A stretch of DNA of 64,000 nucleotides from Octopus bimaculoides (lineage: Eukaryota): contig NC_068987.1 of assembly GCF_001194135.2 (NCBI RefSeq), positions 4,977,564 through 5,041,563 of the forward strand. Reading direction: 5' to 3'. The number at the start of each line of letters is the position of its first letter. Positions within the stretch are counted from its first letter, which is position 1. The translations under genes and the position numbers were made by a program. The notes under the pieces are model-generated. The model was not told where the DNA came from. It ran no database searches and worked only from the letters and a program-made list of their open reading frames with translations. This document shows positions 24,093 to 37,305 of the stretch, piece after piece.

Positions 24093-25527
24093 TAGAAGAA
24101 ATGTAGCATTCTACGTGCCAAAAAAACAACATAGACCGGTAAGTAAAGTATTTAATCCAGCGTCCTGGAACGAGTATCTCCAACCATTCCACACTTCCAT
24201 GAAAAATAAAAACCCATTAACAAACAGAAAAAAATAATCCAAGTTTGGTTTACTTACAGTTCCTCCTCTATGTAACTTCACAATATAATATATATATATA
24301 TATATATATATACAGATGGAAATTATTCTTTAGGGGGTTCTTCTATTGTTATTTTGTATTCATAAAAAAAAAACAATAATATCGTTTTAAAAGATTAAAT
24401 GACATTAATAATGGCCAAATATACCGGAAGAATGTTTACACACGCCATTATGGCTTTACTCCTGACACCTATACAAGTCTTCATTTGATTGGTCGAAATA
24501 GAGGACATATGAACAAATCAAATTTATTATAACATCTGAACATGAATAGATTTCGGTTCATATTAACATTAACCCTTGTTTTTGTCCTTTTTCATAATTC
24601 GTTCTTTTCTTTTATTTTGTTTCTTTCTTCATACCTCCATTTTATAATTTTAGTTCCCCGATTGTGTTTGTCCCCTTCTTTGTTTAGCCCCTGGTCGGTA
24701 ATAAAGAGATCCCTTGTTCTTGTCCTTTTTCGTGACTTAGCAGATATTTTGCCAGAGAATCAATCCTGTAGTGTTCTATATTTCTCCCTGATCATACAGA
24801 AACGAATAATGCTAGGGATACAACTAAAACGAATAACTGTTTTCTCCTTTTATATATTCCAAGTTAAATTCATGCTTTCAGTGCTTTATCCTTTTATTTC
24901 TACAAGTATCCCTGGAATAGGTTCTAGTGATGTACTGGAATCAATTCAATTGATTATAATGATGTAACATTTATGATAAACAGAACAAGTGTGTGAGTGT
25001 ACATATGCGAAGAATTCAGATGCTCCTATTACTCTTCTTACCTGAATATTAGCATTGAAATCTCTCTCAATCCCCGAAGTTGTGAGTGATTTGGTAGATG
25101 GAAACTGAAAGAAGCCCATTGAATGTATATGCATGTATGTATGCACACGTGTGTGTGTGTTTGTGTGTTACTTTCTCCTCACCTTACCTTGATGCCATGT
25201 AATAGTTGTAAGTGAATGTCGCTGTTAGGCAAGCCTTTCTTCCTTACTTGGAAACAGGTAAGAATTGGCATCAGGAAGGGCATCTGGTTGTCGAAAATCC
25301 ACTTCAGCAGATTCCATACAACCCATGCAAGCATGGAAAAGCAGCCATTAAAAGACAGTAATGATGAGAAACAATGGTGTCAATTTGCAGATTTAGGAAT
25401 CACACCAGTCTTAGAAGAACCTGGACAATCATATTCTTTACTATTTTTCGCTGTGATTAGAAAAGGAAAATGAATATAAAATAAATCCAATAAGAAACAA
25501 TGTGATATGTATTAACTATTCTTTGGT

Positions 25528-25830
25528 AAGGCATATGGCTCAGTGGTTAGAGCGTTGAGCTCACAATCATGAAGTAGTGAGTTCAATTCCTGGACCAGCA
25601 TGTGTTTTGTGTTCTTGAGCTGTATAAATGAGTTGCAACATCACTGGTACCAAGCTGTATTGGCCTTTGCCTTTCCCTTGGATAACATTGGTGGCATGGA
25701 GTGGGGAGGCTGGTATCCATGGGCAACTGCTGGTCTTACAGAAACAATCTTGCCCAGCCTTGTGCCTCAGATGGGAATTTTCTTGGTGCAATCCCATGGT
25801 CAGTCATGACCGAAGGGGTCTTTTACCTTA
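25528..25830 (+). mobile_element. tRNA-derived SINE (family also at ~59431-59880)
   Basis: TGGCTCAGTGGTTAGAGCG...GAGTTCAATTCC head and shared body. Confidence 0.8.
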
Positions 25831-27848
25831 CTTTGGTAAATTGGCAAATGGCTAAATAGCTTGCAATAATGTGGATATAATTTGATCATTTTGATTGTCT
25901 AAATCATTTTCCAAGATAACATATGTTAGCTTAAAAATTTAAATATCTGCATGATTGTAGAAGGAATTACTTTATAGCTGAATAATTTGTTCTGATGTGA
26001 ATCATTCAACCATTCACCTATGAATGAGGTGTGACTCTGGCTTACTTCTTTCATTTTTTAACTTAAATTACCTGTGAAAAATAAAGTACAAAGCCATGAA
26101 AGTTTTGAGCTTATTAGCTGATTTCACAAATACATTTTATCTTTCTAAATTTACAAATACTTCGACACCGGTAATCTAAATTTATGTATCCTTCATTATC
26201 TAATATTATGTTAATCCCAATTTCTATGATTTAATCCTCTTTAAAATCAGTTACAGTTGATGAATCTCAAAATTATTGTAATAACCCTTTCAAAGTCACA
26301 TTTGTTGGGGTTTTGAAGTGAACAAAAATTTTTCTAATTCGAAGCAAAAGGAATACATTCTTAGATTTTAGAGCTTCAGAACTTTTCTTAAATTTCATAA
26401 TTCCATTCCATTCTATTTTTGTCACCCACTATTCCTGGGAAGGTTATCACAATGGACACCTTCTGACACCTTCTCCGCATGGTCCTGGAATGACCTTTGT
26501 GTGGAGGTCTTCTAATGTGTACAGCAACATCACCAACATATAAATGGGAACTGTTTTAAAATGTGAATCTCACTTGGGCTTTGTTGAGGGTTAGCAACTG
26601 CTAAAGTCTAAAGTAGTTCCTGTCCTCAAAGAGAAAAACATGGTCTTTGTAATATATTAATAATCATTTTGGGAGATATAATATATGCTTTTGTTAAAAA
26701 AAAAGAAAACGGTCATTAATGTTTGATTTTGATGTACTTAAGGGTTGTAACACAAACTGAATGGGATGTTTTTTTCCATTTCAGCCCTGCCTTTATTTGA
26801 GAAAACAGGAAAACTCCACTTTAATGACATTAGGAAAAAAACCAAACTAACAAACAATAAAACAATCACAATTCTATATTTCTGAGATTCGTTTGTTCTT
26901 TCTTTAATTCTTGAACTTGTTTCAGTCATTTGACTGTGGCCATGCTGGAGCACCACCTTTAGTCGAACAAATCGACCCCAGGACTTATTCTTTGTGCATC
27001 AATAGTCATTAGAGAGGTTTCCCAGTGCCCCAAAATTTTCAACCTAAGGAGGTGAATTTTTTTTTTCCTTCTCGCTCTTGTGTATTTATCTAAGTCTAAT
27101 ACAATAAACAGAGATTCTGAATGAAAAAAAAAAATAATAAATAAAAGTTATTGTAGGGAAAGAGATTATTCAACTTTATTTTGAAATAGTGAATACCATT
27201 CTGTTTCCTTTATAAATTTTCACTAAATTCCATTACAGGAACTCCGTCTTACCGAAATCCAAATTTTTAAAAAATGAAATACAAGGGTTTCTCAGACACC
27301 TTTTAGAAAATATTTCATGAACGTTTCGATTTTGAGTTGTTTCCCTTGCCTTTTGGTGCTTTTAAAAGCATTCCATACATACAACTACATCGCTGTTGTC
27401 GAAGAGATTTTCTCTGATGTACACCGTTAGTAAGCTAAATCACAACTGCTCTGGAAATTCATGTAGAAAGCTCATGTCTTACTGAGCCAAAGCATTATGA
27501 ACTAATGGATATGAAAACTGTCAATTTATACCTTTAGATATATACATATATTTATATATATACACTTGCCTCTGTACCTCCTACAGAACATTGTAGTAAA
27601 TACAGAGAAGATTTACAAGACATTTAAGTTAGAAACAAACCCGCAGCAACCAACAACACCCATAACAAAACCAATCTATCTGTTAGCTTTCATCAGTGGG
27701 AATCATTGTATTTTCATCACATATTCCTTAATTTGTTTTAGTTAATTTTCTGCTAATGTCGTGGTTTGTTTTGATCTAATACTTTACCAGTGTCTTGTAT
27801 CGCTCCTCTGCATTTTGTTTTGTTCCTTGTTTTTACGTCATTGCTCCA

Positions 27849-27959
27849 ATGTCTGTTGACAGTGAGCACCAAGAAATGGAAGGAAAACTGTTACAGGTCT
27901 TAGAGGCGAGTTCTGATGATGAACAGATTTTGAACGTGCTCGAACACTTCAATACTCAA
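27849..27959 (+). CDS. RIC8: Ric-8 exon 1 ([15 protein letters not shown]...HFNTQ)
   Basis: ATG 27849, donor GTAAGT at 27960; 111 nt. Confidence 0.82.
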
Positions 27960-28423
27960 GTAAGTCTCTCTCTCTCTCTCTCTCTTTTATTTTATTTTAT
28001 TTCATTTCATTTTATTCTTTCTTTCATTTATTCGTTACTTTTCGTTATATTTTTCTGTTATTTATTTGATGACAGTCATGTAAATAACAAGTGTCTGTTT
28101 TGTTTTGAGACAAGGTCATTGCCAAGTGTCGTATATGTATCATACATACATACATACATATATATATATGCACTCATGTGTGCATACATGCACACACATA
28201 CGTATACACACACTCATTTATATATTAGTGTTTTTTTTTATAAGCTTAAGGCTTATAAACGATCACCGTACAATGACTGATCGTTTATAAGCTTTAAGCT
28301 TATAAAAATTATTATTATTATTATTATTATTTACAGAATTGTAAAAATCGATGCTTAACAAAATTTATCACAGAAAATATATATATATATGCATACACGC
28401 ACACACACACACACACACAGAGG

Positions 28424-28472
<49 letters not shown>

Positions 28473-31400
28473 AGTGGTGTATATTTTGAAGCATGATCAT
28501 TGCAGTTTGTGTGCACAAATTCATATTGCAGTGTTAGGATGTGAACCATGACAACTGTTGTATTCTTTTTGGCCACAATCTTTGTAGTAGGCTTAATACA
28601 TCCATCCATCCATCCATCCATCCATCATGTCATATGCAAGTGAGTGGACAAACGAAAGAAAGTGGAGTTAACATGTAGTATTTTAAATAACAGTTTTAAT
28701 TCAGTTCTATGCAAGTTATAGTTTCTAGGCTCGTGTCGATCTAGGTTCGTTCCACGAGCCTGCGAAACTTTAAGTTGCATGGAATCAAGCCAAATTATCA
28801 TTACATACACACACACTCATACATGTCAACATATAATGTGTTGGTGACCGTATATTATGTTTGAGAGGGTGTATCTTGGAAGATCATTCTTTCTTTCCTT
28901 ATGTACATGTATATTACAATCCATATCTGCATTATGTACCTACTCTGTCTCCCTCTCACACACATGTATGTGTGTAGTTTATATAAAACTTGGTAACTGA
29001 CATTTAAGTATTATTAACTAGACCATTATCATAGCTTATTGTCAGAACCAAATATTGTAAAATTACATTAAAATTCCATCTGTATTATTCACAATGTCCT
29101 TACGTCCTGTTATAATCTCATATTGACAGTACGAAATGTATGTACACAGTCGAGTCGATCTTGTTAATAAGTTTTCATACATACATATAGGCTTTTATTG
29201 GTAAATTTATAGTTTCACATCAGACTTGATTTCGGCACTATTTATTTGTTTATATTAAGTATGTCTATTAGTGCAGCAATAATATGTGTATATTATGTGT
29301 GTACCTGTTGCTTTGGTATATGTTATTTCTATAATGAAATCTCGTTTAATCCTAAATTATGATATATAATCTGTTTTTACTTACATGGATGGTGATTCTT
29401 TGGAGATGGTATATCAAAGTTGAAACTATTTGTTCGCTAATTTCCGTAAAAAAAATTTATTCCTTAAATTTATTTTCCAGCTGAATCGCTTATATTTATA
29501 TATTATTGTGCGCGTGTGTGTATGTGTGTAAGTTTGTGTTTATGTGCATGCATGTATAATGGTATATGTACACTTACATACACATAAACACATACATACA
29601 TACACAAAAATGAATAAACAAGCGATTCAGCCGCAAAAATAAAATATTAAAAAATAAAAATAATATAACGGAAATTGCTGAACAAATAAATAGTATCAGT
29701 TTTGATATACCATCTCCGAAGTATCGCCACTTGGATATTTCGGTTGAGGTTTGGATAGCTGCAGCCAAGTGTTTAAATTAAACAACCTACTTTAACCAAC
29801 ATACTCCAGCTATAAATGATGAACTGTTTTTACTGTCTACCATCTTAGATTATTTTATGATTTTAATTCTTCTCTCCTTGACAAATTCTTCATCCAATCT
29901 TCTAAATCTAAGGAAACAAAACTCTGGCAGTTCGTATCTCTCTTGGTTCTTTAGTTTATCGATGAAAACAATATCCAAGCTTTGTTTCTTTTTTATCTTT
30001 TATTGTTACGTATTTCAGTCATTCGAGTGTGGCCATGCTGGGGCACCACCTTGAATGATTTTAGTGGAATAAATCGTAACCAAGACTTTTTTTTTTTTAA
30101 AGCCTGGTACTCATTCTATCAGTTTCTTTTGCCGAAACTCTAAGTTACGAGGACGTAAACACACCAACACCAGATGTCAAGCAAGTGTGGGGACACAAAG
30201 ACGTACACGCACACACACACATTTATATGCTGGGCTTCTTTCAGTTTCCGTCTACCAAATCCACTCACAAGGCTTTGGTTGGCCTGAGTCTATAGTAGAA
30301 GATACTTGCTCAAGGTGTCACACAGTGGGGCTGAACTTCAAACCATGTGGTTGGGAAGTAAGCTTCTTACCACACAGTCACACAGTCTGTATGTTCAACA
30401 ATTGTCTCAAACTTTTATCACCCACCACTCTGATTTCCTCAGTCAATTCAACTTGTTGTTGTCATTTAATGTTTATAAAAATGAAAAGGTAGTGCTCTTA
30501 AACTTATGCTCACTTACACTGATAACAAGGATGGATTTATTATGGTTGGCCACCGCGCCAGTGGAGCACTAACAGTACTGTCGAGCTTGTTCATCATTGC
30601 CAGAGCAACTGTCTGGCTTCCGTGCTAGTGGCCCGTAAATAGCACCATTAGAGCATAATCATTACCAGCGTCGCCTTCTAGCACTTGTGCTGGTGGCACA
30701 TTAGAAAATCATTCAAGCGAGGTCATTGCCAGTGCCGCTGGACTGGCTCCCGTGGAGGTGGAACGTAAAAAACACCATTTGAGCGTGGCCGTTGCCAGTA
30801 CCGCCGGACTGGCCCTCATGCCAGTGGCACGTAAAAGCACCCACTACACTCTCGGAGTGGTTGGCGTTAAGAAGGGCATCCAGCTGTAGAAATTCTGCCA
30901 GATCAGATTGGAGCCTGGTGCAGCCTTCTGGATTGCCAGACCCCAGTCAAACCGTCCAACCCATGCTAGCATGGAAATATTTATGTTTATATATTTGTCA
31001 TATTTCTTGAGACATACCAATGTCATATCATGCGGTTTGTATCTAGAAATCACACTAATCAATTCAAATATTGTTTCCATTTTACTATTGTCCCCTTTTC
31101 TCTTCTTTCAGAATGCCATGACAGTGAACTTTCCTTCTACCAAGGATTCTCAGACCCAGGTATTTAATGTCTGTTTATAAATCTGTTTATACATATTGAA
31201 ATAATATAGGTATTACTTATTACATAAATAAGTAATACAGGTATTATTTACACTATGTATACGGATGCTAAATGTTTAAAAAACCCCAAGTTTCCCGTGC
31301 CAGTGGCATGTAAAAAGTACCATCTGAATGTGGTTGATGCTAGCTCCCTCCACCCCAACTGCTCCTGTGCCGGTAGCACATAAAAAGCACCATTCGAATG

Positions 31401-34400
31401 TGGCTGATGCCAGTGCCGCTTGACTGGCTCTCATGCCAGTGGCACATAAAAGCACCCATTACACTCTCGGAGTGGTTGGCATTAGGAAGGGTATCCAGCT
31501 GTAGAAATATTGCCAGATCAGTTTGGAACCTGGTGCAGCTTTCTGGCTTGCCTGTCCCCAGTCAAACCGTCCAACCCATGCCAGCATGGAAAACGGACGT
31601 TAAATAATGATGATGACGATGTATTACAGACAAGAAAGTAAATTTCAAACACATTATAGCTGTGAAAATAGCAGAATTATTGGGTATTTTTCTGTCTTAT
31701 AAGAGTAAAAACACCCAATCTTTCTGCTATTTTGACAGCTGTACTGCATTTGACATTTTCTTTCTTGTTTTCTAAAATACCAAGCACATTGGACACTTCC
31801 AAAGGATATAACTTGGTATAAACATTATTATGAAAACTTTTCCACTTTTTTTCATAGTTCATGTTCAAAAAGTAAAAAACAGAAACTGGAAATGATTCTC
31901 CATATTGATTTTATATTATTTTGTTTCTTTAACCAGGAAATTATTGCAGCTCTTTGTCAAAAACTTGGAGAAAAACGATCAGCTCGCTGCAACTCTGAGT
32001 GTCTGAAAACTATTCGCATCTTTAGCCGTGATACACTCTTGGCCGATGTTTTAGCTCTTGACTCCACATTGACTCTGTTGATGACTCATGCCTGGTTTCA
32101 CCAGACTGCTGAAGAGAGTGACAAAATAACCACTTTGAAGGATGAGGACACAGAAGGTAATCTCTCATTTTGCATATCAGTGTGTGTGTGTGTCTTTTAC
32201 TTTTCAGTCATTGGACTGTGGCCATGCTGGGGTATCACCGTGAAGGGTTTAGTTGAACAAATTGACCCCACTACCTATTTTTTTAAAGTCTGGTACATAT
32301 TCTATCAGTGTCTGAACCACTAAGTTATAGGGATGTAAACAAACCAACATTGGTTATAAAGCATTAGGTGGGTGGCACAACTGCAAAGACAGCTATACAC
32401 ACATGCACATGAAGGGCTTCCACACAGTTTCTGTTTAACAGATTTACTTACAAGGCTTTGGTTGGCCTGAGCTATGATAGAAGATTCTTGCCCAAGGTGC
32501 CATGCAATGGGACTGAACCTAAAGACCTCACAGTTAAAGCAAACCTCTTACTCCATAGTCATGCCTATAACTACATCTGTACCAATGCCACACCAACAGC
32601 CAATAGTCTGGAAATTTAGATGCTGAAACATTAGAGGAAAAACTGAAAATGTAGAGCAGAAACTGCTTAAATAAAAGAAAAAATCAAATTGTGATTGTCA
32701 TAAATTAATGACATAATTATACTATATATAAATATATATTCTGAACAGAAAAATACATGTTTCACTACTCTATCCCATTCAGTTGTGGGGTTTTGTTTTG
32801 TGATTACCTGGTAACTTACCAATGCTGGTGCCAGTAAAAAAGCCCCCAGTACACTCTGGAAAGTGGTTGGCATTAGGAAGGGCATCCAGCTATAGAAACC
32901 AGACTAATGTAGACATTGAAACTCAGTGCAGCCCTCTTACTTGTCGGTTACTGTTGAATTGTCTGACCCATGCCAGCATGGAATGTAGATGTTAAATGAT
33001 GTTGATGAAGATGATGATGGAACATTAAGTGATCTTATTTTGTTCTTCTTCAGTTATAATTGAAGCCCAGAAGTGTCTTTGTAATATCATATATAACAGC
33101 AAAAAAGCTCAACATATTTGTAGGTAAGTCTTATATTTTTTAAAATCTTTTCTCTTTTTTTTTTTTTTGTCTTTGAATTGTAAGATTCTTGCTGTGAACT
33201 CTTCTGTGTTGAAACAGATTTTGTTATGTATTGGGAGGGTCATTATGTCAATAATAAACACATGCACTGATTCTATTTCACAAATACACACACATATACA
33301 TACGTGTGTGTGTGTGTATATATATATATTCGCCATGGTAGATTGCTAACCACTACACACATTTTTTTTCTCTCCTTGTTTCTTTCTGTGTTCCTTTCTG
33401 TGGAAGAGCATAGGCTCGAAACATTAAAGACTTTTTCAATTCCAGAGTGTTATACTAATACATCTGTTTGTTTTCTACACCACTTGTCTTCGTCGCTTTA
33501 TTTGCTTTGGGTTTCACCATTCTGAAAAGAATTACATATATATCTATATATAAACACACATGACAGTGTCCATGCAGTTTGCATCTACCAAATTCACTCA
33601 CAAAGGATTGGCTAGCCAAGGGCTATTATAGAAGACACTTGCCCAAGGAGCCATGCAGTGAGATTGAACTCAAAATCCATGTGGTTGCAAAGTGAGCATC
33701 TTAACCACACAGCCATGCCTGCACCCAGTTAAATGTTATTACATCTGTCAGACAATAAAAATGTTGTTTTATCTTCTTTTCTTCTTCAGCGTGAATGGTT
33801 GCATTGAAGGAGTCATACAGCGAATGAAAACTTACAAAGATGCCAATTTGAAGCATGACATTAAAGTAAGTTCTGTTTAATCAATTCATGCTTGATTAAT
33901 CCTATCATACTCATTTTCTTAGTACTTGATCATCTGGCTTAAGCACATTGTGCTCTTCTCCTGCCAATAAATTTGATTTGATTTGATTTGAAATCAAACT
34001 GGAGTCTGAAAGAAGCCCATCATGTGCTTGTGTGTGTGTGTGTCTTTGTGTCTGTGTTTGTCCCTCAGCACCATTTGATAACCGCTGTTAGTGTGTTTAC
34101 ATCCCTGTAACTTAGCTGTTTGACAAAAGTGACCAATAGAATAAGTTAATTCATTTGATTAAAAATTCTTCAAGGTGATGCCCCAGCCTGACCACAGTCT
34201 CATGACTGAGACAAGTAAAAGATAATGATTATTATATTGTCGAAAATCATTGTTGTTGACCAATTCCTAAATCCATATTTCCTCTTTCTTTTCTGCCACC
34301 CATGACTGCATGGATGTTAAAACAACTGATTTTTTTTTTTAATCTATTTTCAGTATTTTGATATGAGGCTGCTGTTCTTGTTGAGTGCATTAGTTCCTGA

Positions 34401-37262
34401 GACCAGGTAAATATCGTCTTCAGTGTTTCTCCGAAATTCTCTTTAATTTAACTTTCAACATTGCAACTTCCATTTTATTAATAAATGATTACTTAAATAA
34501 TAGCAATAATAATAATAATAATAATAATAATGATGATGATGATGATGATGACAATTTAAAATTTTGGCACAAGGCCAGCAATTACAAGGAGGGGTTAAGT
34601 CAATTATATCAACCCGAGTGTACAACCGGTACTTATTTTATCAACCCCTAAAGCAATGGTTCCCAAANNNNNNNNNNCCCCCGAGGGTGGTTGAAAGTTC
34701 CCTTATAAGATGCAGGGAAGACTTGTTTCTCCTCTATAGCAAGACACCTGGCCTTTTCCCTTTATCATACTTTAGCCTCTCAACACCTGGTATAACACCC
34801 CACCACTTAATCAAAGAGCCTTTTTTCCCTGTTCTGTCTTGCAAGTTCTTCAGTGAACTCTGTAGTGCTGGTGGCACAGGAAAAACACCCAGGACATACT
34901 ATAAAATTGTAGGGCTTCCAGTTGTAGAACCCATTATACCATCAAGGAATTCTGCTGGAAACTTACTTCTTCTATTATAAGATTTGCCATAAATTCATTA
35001 ACTTCTTCATTTTCTCCAATGGACTATTTTTTCTTTTTAAAAACTTAGTTTTGCTTTTGATCTAATTCTTGTCTTTTTTTTTTTCAACAGACAGAGAATC
35101 CACTTTGAACTTCATGGTTTTAGTTACCTGATGGAAATCATTGACCTTCTGCTTCATGATGCTGAGGAACGGCAGACTGGTCTCACAGACCAAGAAGTTG
35201 ATCTTTGCTGTGAAGTACTGAAGATTCTTTTCAATCTTACCATGTCTCTCAAGATGAAATCATTAGATGAGGTAAGATAGCTACTTCTTCACTAATTTAC
35301 AAACATAGCCGGCTTTTTCTTCTAATGTCCAATTCATACCATGGAAAGAGGACATTAAATGATGATGATGTTATTCAAATATGATGTACATTGGATTGTA
35401 TGTACTTTGGATTGTAATTTGGTTGTTGTTTCACTTTGACAGGAAGAAGACGGCCACCTAATGCGTCTGATTAGTGTGTTGAGAGAGTTATTATTATGTA
35501 AAACAGAATCAAATGACCGCAAAGAAGAACTGGTCAGGTAAATAATTCTTTAGAATTCTTCAGATTGTTTTTTTTTTTTAAACAGTTCCATCATCATTGT
35601 TTTAATGTTCACTTTTCCATTCTTGCATGGGTTAGACAGAATTCCTTGAGGCAGATTTTCTGTGACAGGATGCCTTTCCTGTCACTAATCCTCACCTGTT
35701 TCCAAGCTAGGTGATATTTCCCCATGGTTGGACATGTTTACACAGAAGATTGGAAACAAGCGACACTGCTTGTAGAATGGTGTTGCTTGTTTACAACCAC
35801 CATACAGTGTTAAGTAAGGAGACACAAACACACACACACCCATGCTCACACACACATTTTCAATACCAACCTGGCTGAAACTGCCTCTGGCTCTGTAGTA
35901 CAAATGTCTTGTTTTCATAAGTCCTGAACTAAAATCTTCCACCAAACCTTAGTCACAATTTATGTTCCTAACACCAGCTTAATGATAACTAAGTTATTTT
36001 ACTAAATTCTTTGTTATATTTAAAGTAATTGAAAGAAACACAGAGCATCTCAAAATATATACAGTGACAAAAGAGTTAAATGTTTTGTGTTTTTTATTTT
36101 ATAGCCACACTGTGAACTTGTTAACCAACGTACCTGCCACCAGTTTTGAGCAACTCCTCACGCCATTGACTGATAGCGGTGCTGACTCTGTAACTAAAGA
36201 TAATGAGACTGAAGGTAAAAATATGGAAAGTATTGTAGTTCTGCTTAATTTCCTGCATCAGCGATTAAGGAAAGTTTCACGGGAACAAGACAAAAACATC
36301 CAGAATATTGTACAGCCTGCTCCTCACAACACAGAAACCAAACTCCATTCTAAGGTAATGAATATCATTTAACTCTTTTTATGCACAATATAAGAAAGAG
36401 GTGTGGCTGTTGTGTGATTGAGAAGTTTACCTTCCAATCAGTGTTGTTGTGTTTTACCTTTGATAAATATCTTCCCTATAGCCTCAGACTGACCAAATAC
36501 ACACACACACACACATCAACATCATCATCACCAGCATCAGTTAATGTCTGTTCTCCATGCTGGCATGGGTTGGGCGGTTTGACAGGGGCTGGCAAGGATG
36601 GAGAGCTGCACCAGGTTCCATAGTCTGTTTTGGCTTGGTTTCTACAGCTGGATGCCCTTCCTAATGCCAACCATTTTACAGAGTGAACTGGATGCTTTTA
36701 AGTGTTTTTTTATTATATATGTATGATGGCTGTCCTCACATGGTCAAGAAAGACCATCACTGACCATTGAGAACAATTGTGCGTCTGATAAAATTCCACT
36801 TTACACTTGTGACTCTACTAGTGACTATTGAGCCCAGCTCTTCATGGACATACATGTCTGCAGATATTACAGATGAAACTTCCTCCATTCACTAAACTGG
36901 TCTTGTGTTTTTGAACTGCTCACCTAAGTTCAGCTATTCAGAATGTGTGTTTGTTTAAAAGTACCCATTCCTTCCTTCACCTGTGTCATACATTTGTGGC
37001 GATGACAAGCACTGCCTTCCCAATCGACCTTCCATATCTCACATGCCTTCAATAAGGACTTTACACAATCCTTAAGATTTTCTATCAACCAAATCCACTC
37101 ACAAGGCTTTGGTCAGCCCAAGGCTGTAGTAGAGGACACTTACCCAAGATGTTTCACAATGGGACTAAACCAAAAGCCATGTGGTTATGCAGCAAACTTC
37201 TTACTACACAGCCACACCTGTCTGTCAGTTTCTTTGTCTCTCTCTCTCTCTCTCTGTATATA

Positions 37263-37305
<43 letters not shown>

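Noticed and set aside
23864-24237. ORFs made of YI, CV, HT or LS repeats here and throughout the window
   Set aside because: Translations of (TA)n, (TG)n, (CA)n and (CT)n microsatellites; no coding signal.
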